In this document: one piece after another, positions 11,815 through 22,673 of the stretch | Layout of the letters: every line of letters begins with the position of its first letter | How positions within the stretch are numbered: the stretch's first letter is position 1 | Source: Saccostrea echinata | Lineage: Eukaryota | DNA length: 64,000 nucleotides | Assembly (NCBI RefSeq): GCF_033153115.1 | Contig: NW_026889779.1 | Span: forward strand, 3,472,001 to 3,536,000 | Direction: 5' to 3' | Notes under the pieces: generated by a model | What the model was told of the DNA's origin: nothing | The model's input: only the letters and a program-made list of their open reading frames with translations | Database searches by the model: none | Program-made: the position numbers and the translations under genes

Positions 11815-14800
11815 ATGTCTATAAGTATTGGAATAAGACAATTGTTTTTGTCCTTTGTTTTGGTTATCTGGGTTTCCTTTTCGTCGTCTTGGAGTTCTTC
11901 TGATGTTCAGACAATAAGGAAGAATGGGGTCCTCGGCACCAGCTATGACAGACTGGTCCGTCCGTCTCAGACTACAAATGTCAGTGTGGCTCTGAACCTT
12001 ATCACCATCAACTTTATGGTATGGAACATTTTTATATCACGAGTTTATAAGAATATTGTCTGTTAGCTCTCATTCTTATTTTTAAATACTTGTTTCTACT
12101 TTTTTTCTATATGATTTTCTACAAGATAAAATAAGATTATTTAATATTCAAATAAAGCCCCATAATTTCAACAATACATACATAGTATCCTTTAAACAAG
12201 GTATTAATTGTATTATTTTTCTTTAATTTGCCTGACATTCTGTAATTTATTATACTTGTTGTGGAATGAAATGAAAGACGTCTTGATCGTATAGTGGTTT
12301 ATTTGAGACTTGTTATTATCTATAGAAACAAATGAAAGTATTATGACGTCACAACAAAGTTAACGTTACATGAACTCGCGGATAATCCATGACACTCCGG
12401 GCACCAAAATGAATAGTAAAATTTTAAAAAGCTCATATTAAATTAACAGTTCCATTGAAATAAAAAGCAAGTTCATAATCATTAAATTAAGAAGTCCATT
12501 CATGGATTCTTTCTTTGGCTTTTGTTTTTGATACTCGATCCTCTTCTGTTCAGACACTTTATATTTCAGGTTTTGTATCAGAGTCTCAGTTTCCGAGTCT
12601 TTGTGACGTATTTCTGTGTTAGCTTTCTCCAGCTCCATGTTCCGAGTCTGTAGGTTGTTGTTTTGTTTCTTTATCTCTGCCATGTCCCTGAGATTCTTTT
12701 TCTGTGACTTATCTTTTTCCTTCTCCTCGGCCACTTTAAGTTTTTCTATCAGCTGAGTTTTCTCCCTTAGTTCCTCATCACGAGTCTTTACGGCGAACGT
12801 GTAATCTCTCTCCCTGCTATCTATGGAGCCCTGTAAAGTTTGCAGCTGATTTTCCAATCTTTGTACGTTGATCTTTAGATCACTTATTTCCCTTCGAGTG
12901 TAATCACATCGTGATTGAAGACTGTTGTTTTTAGCCTTGAGATGCTCCGAGTCAGAGGTGGCGGTTTTCAGTATGTCAACTTGGCCCCTTAATTCCTGAA
13001 TCTCCTTATGCAGACGTCCGTTTTCGTACGCCAGTTTATTTTTCTGTTCCATCATTTCCTTCATCACATTCTCTACACGAGTCTGAAAATCCTTTTGTTG
13101 GTCGAATTGTGACACTCTCTCTATCAGGGTGGCATTCTCATGCTCCAACGCGTTCCTCCTTTGTGTCTGTGTCTTCAGCTCTGATTTTAATTTTTGTATC
13201 TCGTTAGTCAACTTGTTACGTTCTTCTAGCATGGAGTCCATGGTCCGACTTATCGAAGAGATAGGCCTAGCTGTATTCAGTAAAACACTTGTAGGTCGAT
13301 GTTCAACGTTCAGTACTGTGGTTTCTGGCTTCTTACTCGTTTCTACGATATTGACACTTGTTGATTTGGTGGGCTCGTCTCTGTCCCTCGTTAGTTTCAT
13401 GTTGCATATACTTGTGTGGTGTTTTTTCTGACACTTTTTACACCTGTTGCGGGATTTACAATCTGAGGCGCGGTGGTTTCCCAAGCAGTTGAAACATAAT
13501 TTCTTCCGTTTTAAGATGTCAAATCTTGCACTTACGTCTGTAACTTTCTTACAATCCCCTGGAAAATGATTCTCTGTGCAACAATAAATGCATGGGCGGC
13601 TCTTCATCTCTGTTGTTTCAACATGAGGAGTTGACTCTCTCGTTTTCTGGTTATGTGAATAATGAACGTTGCGTTGTTTCTTTGAGGCTCCGGTAAGAAA
13701 CATTGCTGTTGCGTGAAATCCATCGCCGTTTTCAATCTGGCCTGATTCAAGGATTTTGACTTCTTTGCTGATAGCTTTACGAAGATTTTGTAGTGAAATG
13801 TTGTCACCATCGTACTCACGTGCAATGTTTTTCCTAATTTCAGTTGGTAGCTTGTTGATTATGACTGGAATAAGTAATGCTCCAAACATCTCTTGTCTTT
13901 GTCCTAGACACTCTAAACTCCTGACATGAGATTCCAAGAAGTCTCCATAATTTCTTAAACTAATGGCGTCATTTATGGGGGCAGGAAGTTCGATGAGTGC
14001 TCTCATATGAGCGTTAATAATTTTCTGTGGCTGACCAAATCGTTCTTTGAGCAAGTCTATTGCCGTTTCGTAATTAGCATTTGTAAGCGCAAATCCTGCT
14101 ATTGTTTGTGCTGCTGTGTCGCGTAATTGAGCTTTGAGATAGCTAAACTTTTGAATTGGCGTCAAAGTATGATTGCAATGAATCGTTGATTCGTAAGAAT
14201 CCCAAAATGTATTCCATTCTAATACATCTCCGTAAAAATGCGGAAGATCTAACTTTGGTAATCGGTGATTATTACTGGCGTGTTGGGATGTTAATGACAA
14301 AACATTTTCCTGGCTACTTTGTGCATTGAGATCAGTGGCAGGAACATTGTTCAAAATATTCTCACAAGCCGTTTCACTTGAGTTAATTGTAGCTGACGTG
14401 TTAACGTTATTATCATAAATTTCTGTGGCGGGTGTAAAACACTCAGCATTGGCATTCAAAGTTTTACATGGAATTTTTTCTGTAAATTTTTCAGTTTGCC
14501 TAATTTTACAGTCTAATTCATACATGTACTCATCTGTATTTGCGATTTCTGTTTCGATGTCTTCTTCAGATAGGGTATCCAATATGATGTCATTCAATTC
14601 TTGTAGGGTCTGCCTTTTCAGCGCGAGAGACTTTCTAATTATGTTGATTTCGTCGGTAATTTCTTCACTGGCTGAATTTTCCTTCAAGTCCAAAAACCGT
14701 CCAAATAGCTTTGTAACTGCTGATCTGTTGCCGGCTCGTATAGCTTTTAGTCTTCCTTCCATTGTATGTACTACCTAGAATTCCGTCGGTCACGGCACCA

Positions 14801-17800
14801 AAATGTTGTGGAATGAAATGAAAGACGTCTTGATCGTATAGTGGTTTATTTGAGACTTGTTATTATCTATAGAAACAAACGAAAGTATTATGACGTCACA
14901 ACAAAGTTAACGTTACATGAACTCGCGGATAATCCATGACAATACTTATGTTAAAACATTTCCTATATAAAGTTAAGAGGGTAAAATAATTTTTTTTATA
15001 ATCTGAAATTTTCTCGTCTAGCAAAGATATACCTCGGGGTTTATTATACATTTATTGACTGGGTTCGAGGGCAACATGGTTTTGTCGGACCCAAGAACCA
15101 AACTGTTTGCCTGAGGCCGTTAGGCCTCGGTCATAACTTTTGAAGAGTTGGTGCTAGGGCTTTCATATTTCAAATTTGTATTTCTTGTGATAAGTCCTTC
15201 CCCAAGATACCAATAGTTGTGACCTTTTATTCTTGACCTTGGAGTTTAACCTAATTTTGAAAAACTTCAACCTCGCCATAGCTTTTAAATGGTTGGTGCT
15301 AGGGCTTTTATATTTCACATGTATATTCCTTGTGACAAGACCTTCCCGTTTGCACTATTAATTTTGACCTTGGAGATCAACCTATTTTGAAAAACTTTAA
15401 CCTTGGTCATAACCTTTGAATGGCTGGTACTAAGGCTTTCATCTTTCAGAGGTGTATTCCTCTGAAAGGAACGTACGGGCTGCCATACGGGGGCATCAGT
15501 GTTTCACGAACACATCTTGTGTTCGTACAGAATTAAATAAGAACCAATTTTCAAAGGTATAACAATATGTGTTATTATACTTCTGTTAAAACATTTCCTA
15601 TGTAAAGTTAAGAAAGTGAAATAACTATTTTTCTATTTATAGTCTGAAAATTTTACGTCTTGCAAAGCTATTTTCATGTTTTGCCTATGAATTTGTAGCA
15701 TCATGTAACCCAACCCTCAGAAATTATGATATACATCAGCATAAAAAAACGATCACTTGTGGTGAGTGGGATAGCTCTTTCTTCAAAGAAACATTACAAA
15801 TTACCTGCTTCATTTCTAAGATAAAAATTTTCAAAAAAATATTTTTAATATTCCCAACAATCAAAATGAATTTGAATTACCATACCTTTACTGGATTCCG
15901 AAACTCCATAAAACTCCTTACAAACAAAGATATATAGCGGGTTCCAGTAAATGTTCTATATCCAGCCCCTTTCTTTACTCCTCACTAAAATATTTACAGC
16001 AGTGAAGGGGAAACTTCACGAGTACTTTACAACAGTATGTTTGAGAATTGGTGTAAATCAGATGTTGATACTTAAAAACTCCAAGGAACTTTAAAAAAAT
16101 TTGAAATCACAAAATTTTAACAAAATCAATAATATCAAAATGTACGACTTTTCCCCGATCATGACAAGAAGCACACGTACGGCGGATGTGACCAGTCGGC
16201 AGGGAATGCTCACTCCTCCATGGCACCTGATCCCACTTCTGATGTTTTTGGAGGTCCGTCTTTGCTCTGCTTCCGATTTGTATTGTCTAAATGGACTTTG
16301 AGCTTGAATACTCTTCATTATCTTCGTATTTCATGCAAGCCCTCGAGAATTTGTTCACGATGTGGGTTTGATAAAAGAGCTATCCCACTCTCAACCAGTG
16401 GATAAGTGTATATAATACAGCAAAGCATCAAATCGGCCGCAAACAAAATTCAAAAGTACATTCACAACTCAGCATCCAAGGAGAGCGCAAGATATTCAAA
16501 ACTGAGTGATCATTTTTATTTCAGACTGTCTTCAAAGCAAATAAATAAATATATAAATAATAAAATAAAATAAATAAATGGAAATTTGTTCATCAAACTG
16601 ATTCATCGATGTAATAAAGTCAGTGATTAATGATAAGAATTCATTGTCATCGAAAGGAAGATGTAGTTCTATTATTTTCAGCATTCGCATCTTCTCGAGT
16701 CTTCCCGGTAAGCTCAGAAAAACACAATTTTCCGCTTGCCGGAAAGACCTAAAAGTTGTGATTGTATATTCAGGGAGGACCTATTGTAAACTCTTTTTAT
16801 ATCATCATAAATTAAGAAATGAAAATGCAATTGAAACATAATAACAACAATTAAAATTTTGTTTAAAGCAAGGTTTTAAACATATTTTATTCATGATTTT
16901 ATACATGTTATCATTAAAAAATTATTTTACTGAACTTATATAGAAATAGAGGAGTAACGTCTCATTTCCCCATGTGCACACAATTAGATCGGCCTCTGCT
17001 GCGGCCGATAATAAGGAGAGGCATTATTTAGTTATAAGAACTTGTTTCCAGTCCTTTTGATGTTGTCAATAAAATATATGTCAAAGCAACAAGGAACTAA
17101 ATCTACTTAATAACCAATGAATTGAAATTAAATTATTTTAATTACGAACTTACTTAATTACCACTGAAATGATTCGTGGAAAGTAAGTTTATTATATTAT
17201 GTTGTAGAAAAGATAAGTTAAAAGGACCTTTAGATTACATGACAAAGCAGAAAAAATATAAAATTCCACATGTATAATAATTTGAAAAGTCTTAATTTTT
17301 AGGATATAAAGAACCAGGTTTTATCAACGACAGGCTGGATAGAGGCGGTAGGTCTGTTTTGAGAAAATATCTGCACAGAATAATTTTACTCTTTCCAAAA
17401 TAGCTTAAAATTTACTCCGAATACTTTCACTAAAAGTAACACTGTGTTACATTCAGAGTTGGGAAGATCACAGGTTGGCCTGGAATGTTTCTAAATACCC
17501 AAACATAACAGATATCTTCGCAGACGAGAGTGAGGTGTGGCGGCCTGTTTTCTTCATAGATAACTCGTTAGTTTCAACTTTATTTTCCTTTCTAATTTTC
17601 CTATCTTTCAAAACGTCAAAAGATATTTTTGATCAGCATGCATACATTTAAAAATTCCGAAAAACATGGTAATATTTCTGATAAACATGAATTTCCAATG
17701 CCATTTTGTACAATTTTGTAATCTAAAAAAAAGGTTCAAGTATTTTCATCATATCTTGAAATGAAGGAAGATCTTTTTTTTTTTACATGTATTTGAATTT

Positions 17801-20120
17801 TATATGCGATTTCTCTTAAATACAGGGTTTCTGACCTAAACATTATCTCGGATTCTAATCTTTTGTACCGAGTCACTTATACTCCCAGTTAGCACAACAA
17901 CGTTATTAAAACGTTATAAAAACGTTATGAAAATGTTATGAAAACATTTTTAAAAACGTTATTACAACGTTATTTTGTGTGGTTTTTTAAACGTTATTAT
18001 AACGTTTTGCAAAAACGTTGTATTGTAATGTTTTAAAAACATTTTTAAAAACGTTTGGAAAACATTTTTAAAAACGTTTTGAGAACATTTCTTAGAATGT
18101 TTTTAAAACATTTAAAAAAATCAATTTTACAACATAATAAACAATATATTTCTTATAATTTAATAAATTTAAATCCATTCATTAATGTTGCCTAAACACT
18201 GTTTTTTTAACACCTGCACAATAAAATTACAGTCTTCCTTCAAATGAAATTTGTACTGTTTGAAATACGTAAAGATCACAGCATCCTTATTCCATTAGAA
18301 ATTAATCTGTTGTACACTTGGACTTCTCTATTTTCATCTGAAAAACAAAAATTTGGACATAAAACTTTGACTAAATGATTACCCATTCATACTCGTACAT
18401 TTCTTTTTAGTTAAACATATCCATGTATTAGGGCATCTAACAAACTACACATACTAGTATATAAAAATCAGATAATCACAGAAAAAGTATGTTTTGGTAT
18501 ACAGTTGTATTAATAAACAAAAATTTACATGTGTAAATATATCTATATATTTCTGATAACCAACGTCAAACATACCTTATCATATTTAATAAATTCCTAC
18601 AGGAAGGTATAAATCAAACCTCTTCGTCCCACATCTCATTAAATCGTAAGAGATTGTCTTTGATGCTTTGTAAGCCTTGTAAGCAGCAGCTATTAAAATG
18701 TAATGTGAAATTCATTATAAGTGAATGTATAAGCATATTGAACGAAGGCGTCGAAAGCAAATTAAAAGTGGGGGGGGGGGGGGGTAAACCAACAAAAACG
18801 GGGTAAGCCCGAATTTTCACTAACTCTATTATGTCTATATTTGCAAAAAAAGTGGGGGGGGGGCTAAGCCCCTCCCTAGACTCCCCGGTTCCGACGCCTA
18901 TGTTTAATAGTTAAATGAAAACAACACAGCATTACTGGTATTTAGATCATTTTCCTTTTGCTCTATACATTTTCCAATGATTTATAAGTTGATATGTTAA
19001 CTGAATCTTCATGCATTTTCTTAGCATTAATGGTGAAAAACTTACTTTTAATAATTCTTTAAAAGAGTGCACTTTTCAACCCTCTCTCCAGTCTCAGTGA
19101 ACTGACCCGTGCCATTTGTTTGTATCATTGTCCTCCTTATATCTCCAACCTGCATGGAAACAATTACATTCACTAAAATGAGTGTTATATTTTATCATGA
19201 AGAATGTGGATTTCGAAATCTTTGATTGCTAGCAAATATATAATCAAGCCTGAGATTGATTAATTAATTCCTCTCCTTTCCCTTCCAAAAGAAAATAGGT
19301 TTAACATGTTTAACGTGGCATTGTATTCTGTAATACATAAACAAATCTAACAAATCATTTTACATCTCTTAAGGATTATCTAACCCTGTCTTGTTAAGAC
19401 CCCCTCCCACACCCATTCCTATTCCCAACTATGTTTTAATTATGTTTTAAACCTCGTCACACATTTTTAATATATGTAAATAAACTCAAGTTTTCAAACA
19501 ATAAATCGCCCGCCTAATTCAAATGCAAATGAACTTAAATCCAACTCAACAAACATATATACACCTAAGTCTATGAGAATGAAAGATCTAAGATTCTAAA
19601 TACATATGTATTTACAGCTACAATATGATTGCTAAATATACAATATGAATACTATTTAAAATTTAACATACCATACGTTGACATTTGTAAGATATTCCCC
19701 TATTCCTTTTCTTTGTCTTACAAGAATGCCGCCGGGTTTTTCAAAACTGTGATTCTGTTGACCTATATAGATCACATGGACATAGTTTGCAACAAGGATC
19801 GGCTGCATCAGTCCTGGCCATGGCATCCCGCTGTGTCACTCAATTAACTCTCGATAAACACATTATCGAAGGGGGAACTTAACTCCCATAGCACAAATAA
19901 ATGACTCCACTGAATTATTTAATTCAGGAACTTTGTTGAACAAATAATTTTTCAGAATTTTTTTTAACTCTCCTTGTTATATATATAAATACTTTTTACA
20001 ATGGTATAAGAGATAAATATGAACACATTCGTGTTGTTGTTGTTGTTTTAATTTTATTACCACGACTCAAAATCAATCATAACTCACACTTTGGAGCTAT
20101 TTATAAGAGAATAGAAGTTT

Positions 20121-20153
<33 letters not shown>

Positions 20154-22673
20154 CGTCTTACACTTAATAATTAAAAAAACTTCTGATGCTTGGAGTTGGT
20201 ATTTCTGTAACGTTTTTACAATGTTTTGCAAACATTTTAAGACAATCTTGTATTCATGTTGTCTGGTCACATTTGTATTTCATGAAATTTATAATAATTA
20301 TTACACAAGGTATGATTTTTTTTCAATCATGTATTTAATGTATAGCTAAATGATATTTTATCATTATAGAGATTTATGTTAAATGCTAAATGTTTTCTGA
20401 AAACCTCCTTGCAACACTAACAAAATGTTATGAAAAACATTTTTAAAATGATTGTTAAGAACGTTTTCTGATAACGTCTTTACAACCAAAATTAAACGTT
20501 TTAAAAACATTTTATAAACGTTTTATTAAAAATGTTTTCAGATAACATCATTACAACGGGAATAAAATGTTATGAAAACGTTTTGTGCTACCTGGGCTGG
20601 AGAGGTAGAGTGGGAACAACCCCGGATGTTCACCACCCATTGCAATGTCGATATCACGTTCTACCCTTTTGATACTCAGCTATGTGAAATCAAGCTAACA
20701 AGCTGGGGTTATACAACCGACGAAATTGAACTTCAACCAGCAAATTCAGAAATTATCACGGAGGGTTTGGAGTATGTAATATCAACATTTTGTGGCAACA
20801 TGTTCATCATAAAATTGACCAATGCATGGCTTAAACCTCAAAAATCATTTATCAGTTTTGTTTGTTTGTTGTTAAACGTCCCTCTCGATAATTTTTTATT
20901 CATATGGAGACGCCACCCCTTGCTGGTGGAGGGCTGCAAAATTTGTCCTATACTCGGCACTTAGGGCCATTGAGCAGTGAAAGATATTTTTCGTGGCAGC
21001 ACCTACTGCGACACGTGACCTCGGTTAATACGGTCTCATCCAAAGGACGGTCTCAACGTCCCGCAGTGGATTCGAACACGCGACGTAAGGATCAACTCCT
21101 TACATCGCGACTCTAAAACAAACGCTCTAATCACTGCGCCACGCTTAACACATTTGGTATCAATTACATAGATACTATTTTTGGCCTCAATTCTTATATC
21201 CTTGAATGTCATTTTTTCTTACTGTAGTTATAAAAATTCACCAGATCTTTACACTATTATATTAAGGTTGAATGTGTACATGTCTATCTCCAACGATAAC
21301 CTCAAAATACACTGTATATGAAACATGTTTTTTAATTTAATTAACAAAAAATGCTTAAAAAATTTGCTTCTTTTCCTGTTTTATAATAACGAATAATTTC
21401 TGATATAAAATGCGTGAGAGATAAAAAGTTGTTATCCATTTTTACAGTATTTGACGTGAGAAATATGTCGCATATTTAAAAATATTGTTCTCCAAAGTTT
21501 TATTCTTTGCACTTTTACCATTAAATTACTCACAAAAATCAAGAACAAGAAATCAATCGACATGCAGTGTTCCAATCTTAAACAAATATTATTCTATGTT
21601 TCACAGACCTAACGGTGAGTGGCATTTGCTGCACACAAACGTCAAGAAAAACCAATTGACGGAATTGCGAGCAGACGGCGTGATGACGAAACACTGGGAA
21701 ATTGTGTTCACATTAGTGGTGCAGAGAAGGACGGCATACTACGTCACAGGCATTTTGTTACCAGTGTTCCTATTGTCCTATCTCAATACAATTGTTTTTC
21801 TCCTGCCAGTGGAATCTGGAGAAAAAGTATATTTGGGTGAAATTAATCTGATTTATAACTAATTTAAAAGTGTTCATTTAATCCATAAGATACGCTTTAA
21901 AAACTTTCCAAATTCATGTTAACATCTTGATACCCATGTGTTCCACATACCTGCTAACTCCTATTTGTGTCATTTTATTGTTGCAGATTGGATTTATCCT
22001 TACGGTACTTTTATCTTTAGCCGTGTTACTAACAATCATAACGGATAAAATTCCATCAACTTCTATCGATGTTTCAATTATATGTAAGTATATTTTAAAA
22101 CTTTTTTACGAAAAATCAAGCACAAGATTTCTTTCCAACTACGGTTTTTGAAATACATATCTGAACAAGCTTCACATTAGTGATCATAATAAGCTGGTAT
22201 TTAGATTACCTGACTATCGTTTTTTTTCAGCTGTGTACCTGGCCATCACCTTATGCTTCAGTGTTGTGTCCTGCATTCTGTCTGTCTTAGTCATGTCTGT
22301 CAATTTCCAGGACGATTCAAAGCCTCTACCAAAATGGGTCAAAAAACTTATAAGGAACGATCTGTTTCCATTCGACTGTTTGAAAAAATGTAGCTACTGC
22401 TTAAAACCGAGCAGGAACAAGACCTCGTGTAATAATGATGCGGGGATTCCAGAGGTTAATATGACCGTTGAAGATGTTGACGTAACAGGGAAAGAGGATT
22501 CGGGTTCCATCAAAAAGCCTGGGAGGTTTTCCTGGAATGATGCCGCTAGAAAACTGGATGTTCTCTTTTTCTATGTGACATTTATTTTAATCACCATGGA
22601 AACCATAGTTTTTATTGTGGTTCTAATGATAGGTGGAACGGCTAATGCACAGAGACTTATAAATCAACTTTAA
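11815..22673 (+). CDS. Nicotinic acetylcholine receptor-like (Cys-loop) subunit, non-alpha type, 449 aa if the exonic transposon is removed; possibly a disrupted allele
   Basis: Exons 11815-12018, 17303-17347, 17457-17566, 17826-17883 joined to 20599-20771 (split by an insertion), 21607-21826, 21987-22083 and 22231-22673; 1350 nt. Signal peptide, YDRLVRP, WEDHRLAW, VWRP, Cys-loop CNVDITFYPFDTQLC, NGEW, M1, ESGEK-M2, M3, M4. No vicinal CC in loop C. Confidence 0.9.
12257..12394 (-). repeat. 3' LTR of the BEL/Pao element
   Basis: 138 bp, direct repeat of 14804-14941, 137/138 identical. Confidence 0.95.
12438..14762 (-). CDS. gag: 774-aa BEL/Pao Gag (DUF1759 plus 3 CCHC knuckles) fused to a CCDC150-like coiled coil
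   Basis: RLPKLDLPHFYGDVLEWNTFWDSY...NYETAIDLLKERFG (DUF1759, from about aa 167). Knuckles CIYCCTENHFPGDC, CFNCLGNHRASDC and CKKCQKKHHTSIC. VLLNTA ends at aa 498, followed by about 250 aa of heptad-rich coiled coil (KNKLAYENGRL) and a hydrophobic tail. Confidence 0.9.
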   Translation of the reverse strand: MEGRLKAIRAGNRSAVTKLFGRFLDLKENSASEEITDEINIIRKSLALKRQTLQELNDIILDTLSEEDIETEIANTDEYMYELDCKIRQTEKFTEKIPCKTLNANAECFTPATEIYDNNVNTSATINSSETACENILNNVPATDLNAQSSQENVLSLTSQHASNNHRLPKLDLPHFYGDVLEWNTFWDSYESTIHCNHTLTPIQKFSYLKAQLRDTAAQTIAGFALTNANYETAIDLLKERFGQPQKIINAHMRALIELPAPINDAISLRNYGDFLESHVRSLECLGQRQEMFGALLIPVIINKLPTEIRKNIAREYDGDNISLQNLRKAISKEVKILESGQIENGDGFHATAMFLTGASKKQRNVHYSHNQKTRESTPHVETTEMKSRPCIYCCTENHFPGDCKKVTDVSARFDILKRKKLCFNCLGNHRASDCKSRNRCKKCQKKHHTSICNMKLTRDRDEPTKSTSVNIVETSKKPETTVLNVEHRPTSVLLNTARPISSISRTMDSMLEERNKLTNEIQKLKSELKTQTQRRNALEHENATLIERVSQFDQQKDFQTRVENVMKEMMEQKNKLAYENGRLHKEIQELRGQVDILKTATSDSEHLKAKNNSLQSRCDYTRREISDLKINVQRLENQLQTLQGSIDSRERDYTFAVKTRDEELREKTQLIEKLKVAEEKEKDKSQKKNLRDMAEIKKQNNNLQTRNMELEKANTEIRHKDSETETLIQNLKYKVSEQKRIEYQKQKPKKESMNGLLNLMIMNLLFISMELLI
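14804..14941 (-). repeat. 5' LTR of the BEL/Pao element
   Basis: 138 bp, followed on the minus strand by TTT and the PBS TGGTGCCGTGAC. Confidence 0.95.
15050..15520. repeat. Composite repeat: Crypton-like hairpin fragment plus Helitron-associated tandem units
   Basis: 15052-15130 matches 53600-53670 and 46050-46100 (gagggcaacatg...tgtttgcccgagg). 15131-15460 has three units of about 140 bp (cataactttg...agggctttcatatttca...ccttgtgacaagacc), ending ggggcatcagtgtttcacgaacacatcttgt. Confidence 0.55.
16150..16335 (+). mobile_element. Penelope-like element 3' fragment
   Basis: ggatgtgaccagtcggcagggaatgct matches the reverse complement of 54528-54560, which adjoins an RT-like fragment. Confidence 0.55.
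17884..20596. mobile_element. Non-autonomous CMC/EnSpm(CACTA)-like DNA transposon (2713 bp) inserted in nAChR exon 4
   Basis: TIRs CCCAGTTAGCACAACAACGTT / CCCAGGTAGCACAAAACGTT; 2-bp TSD CT (17882-17883, 20597-20598); dense AAAACGTT/AAAACATT subterminal repeats at both ends. Removing the element and one CT restores ...YRVTYT-GEVEWEQP. Confidence 0.9.
18746..18902. mobile_element. Small poly-G-containing MITE nested in the CACTA-like element
   Basis: Inverted ends aggcgtcgaaagc ... ggttccgacgcct; a related end (cataggcgttggaacc) occurs at 54415. Confidence 0.55.
20855..21145 (-). mobile_element. tRNA-derived SINE copy
   Basis: Shares tagggccattgagcagtga and ggtctcatccaaaggac with 8360-8685; box B GTTCGAATCC on the minus strand; (TTTG)n tail. 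Confidence 0.7.

Larger units (their letters stand above)
12257..14941 (-). mobile_element. Non-autonomous BEL/Pao-type LTR retrotransposon (2685 bp), gag-only with a fused cargo, in nAChR intron 1
   Basis: 138-bp LTRs (TG...CA) at 12257-12394 and 14804-14941 with one mismatch. 5-bp TSD ATACT (12252-12256, 14942-14946). PBS TGGTGCCGTGAC (tRNA-His-like) at 14800-14789. No pol motifs. Confidence 0.95.

Noticed and set aside
13129-14778. ORFs 13129-13431 (+), 14425-14778 (+) and 13604-13825 (-)
   Set aside because: Antisense or alternative-frame shadows of the 774-aa gag fusion ORF, with no motifs of their own.
20572-20964. 130-aa ORF as a standalone gene
   Set aside because: Its start lies in the transposon TIR and its tail runs into intron and SINE sequence; only 20599-20771 is nAChR exon.
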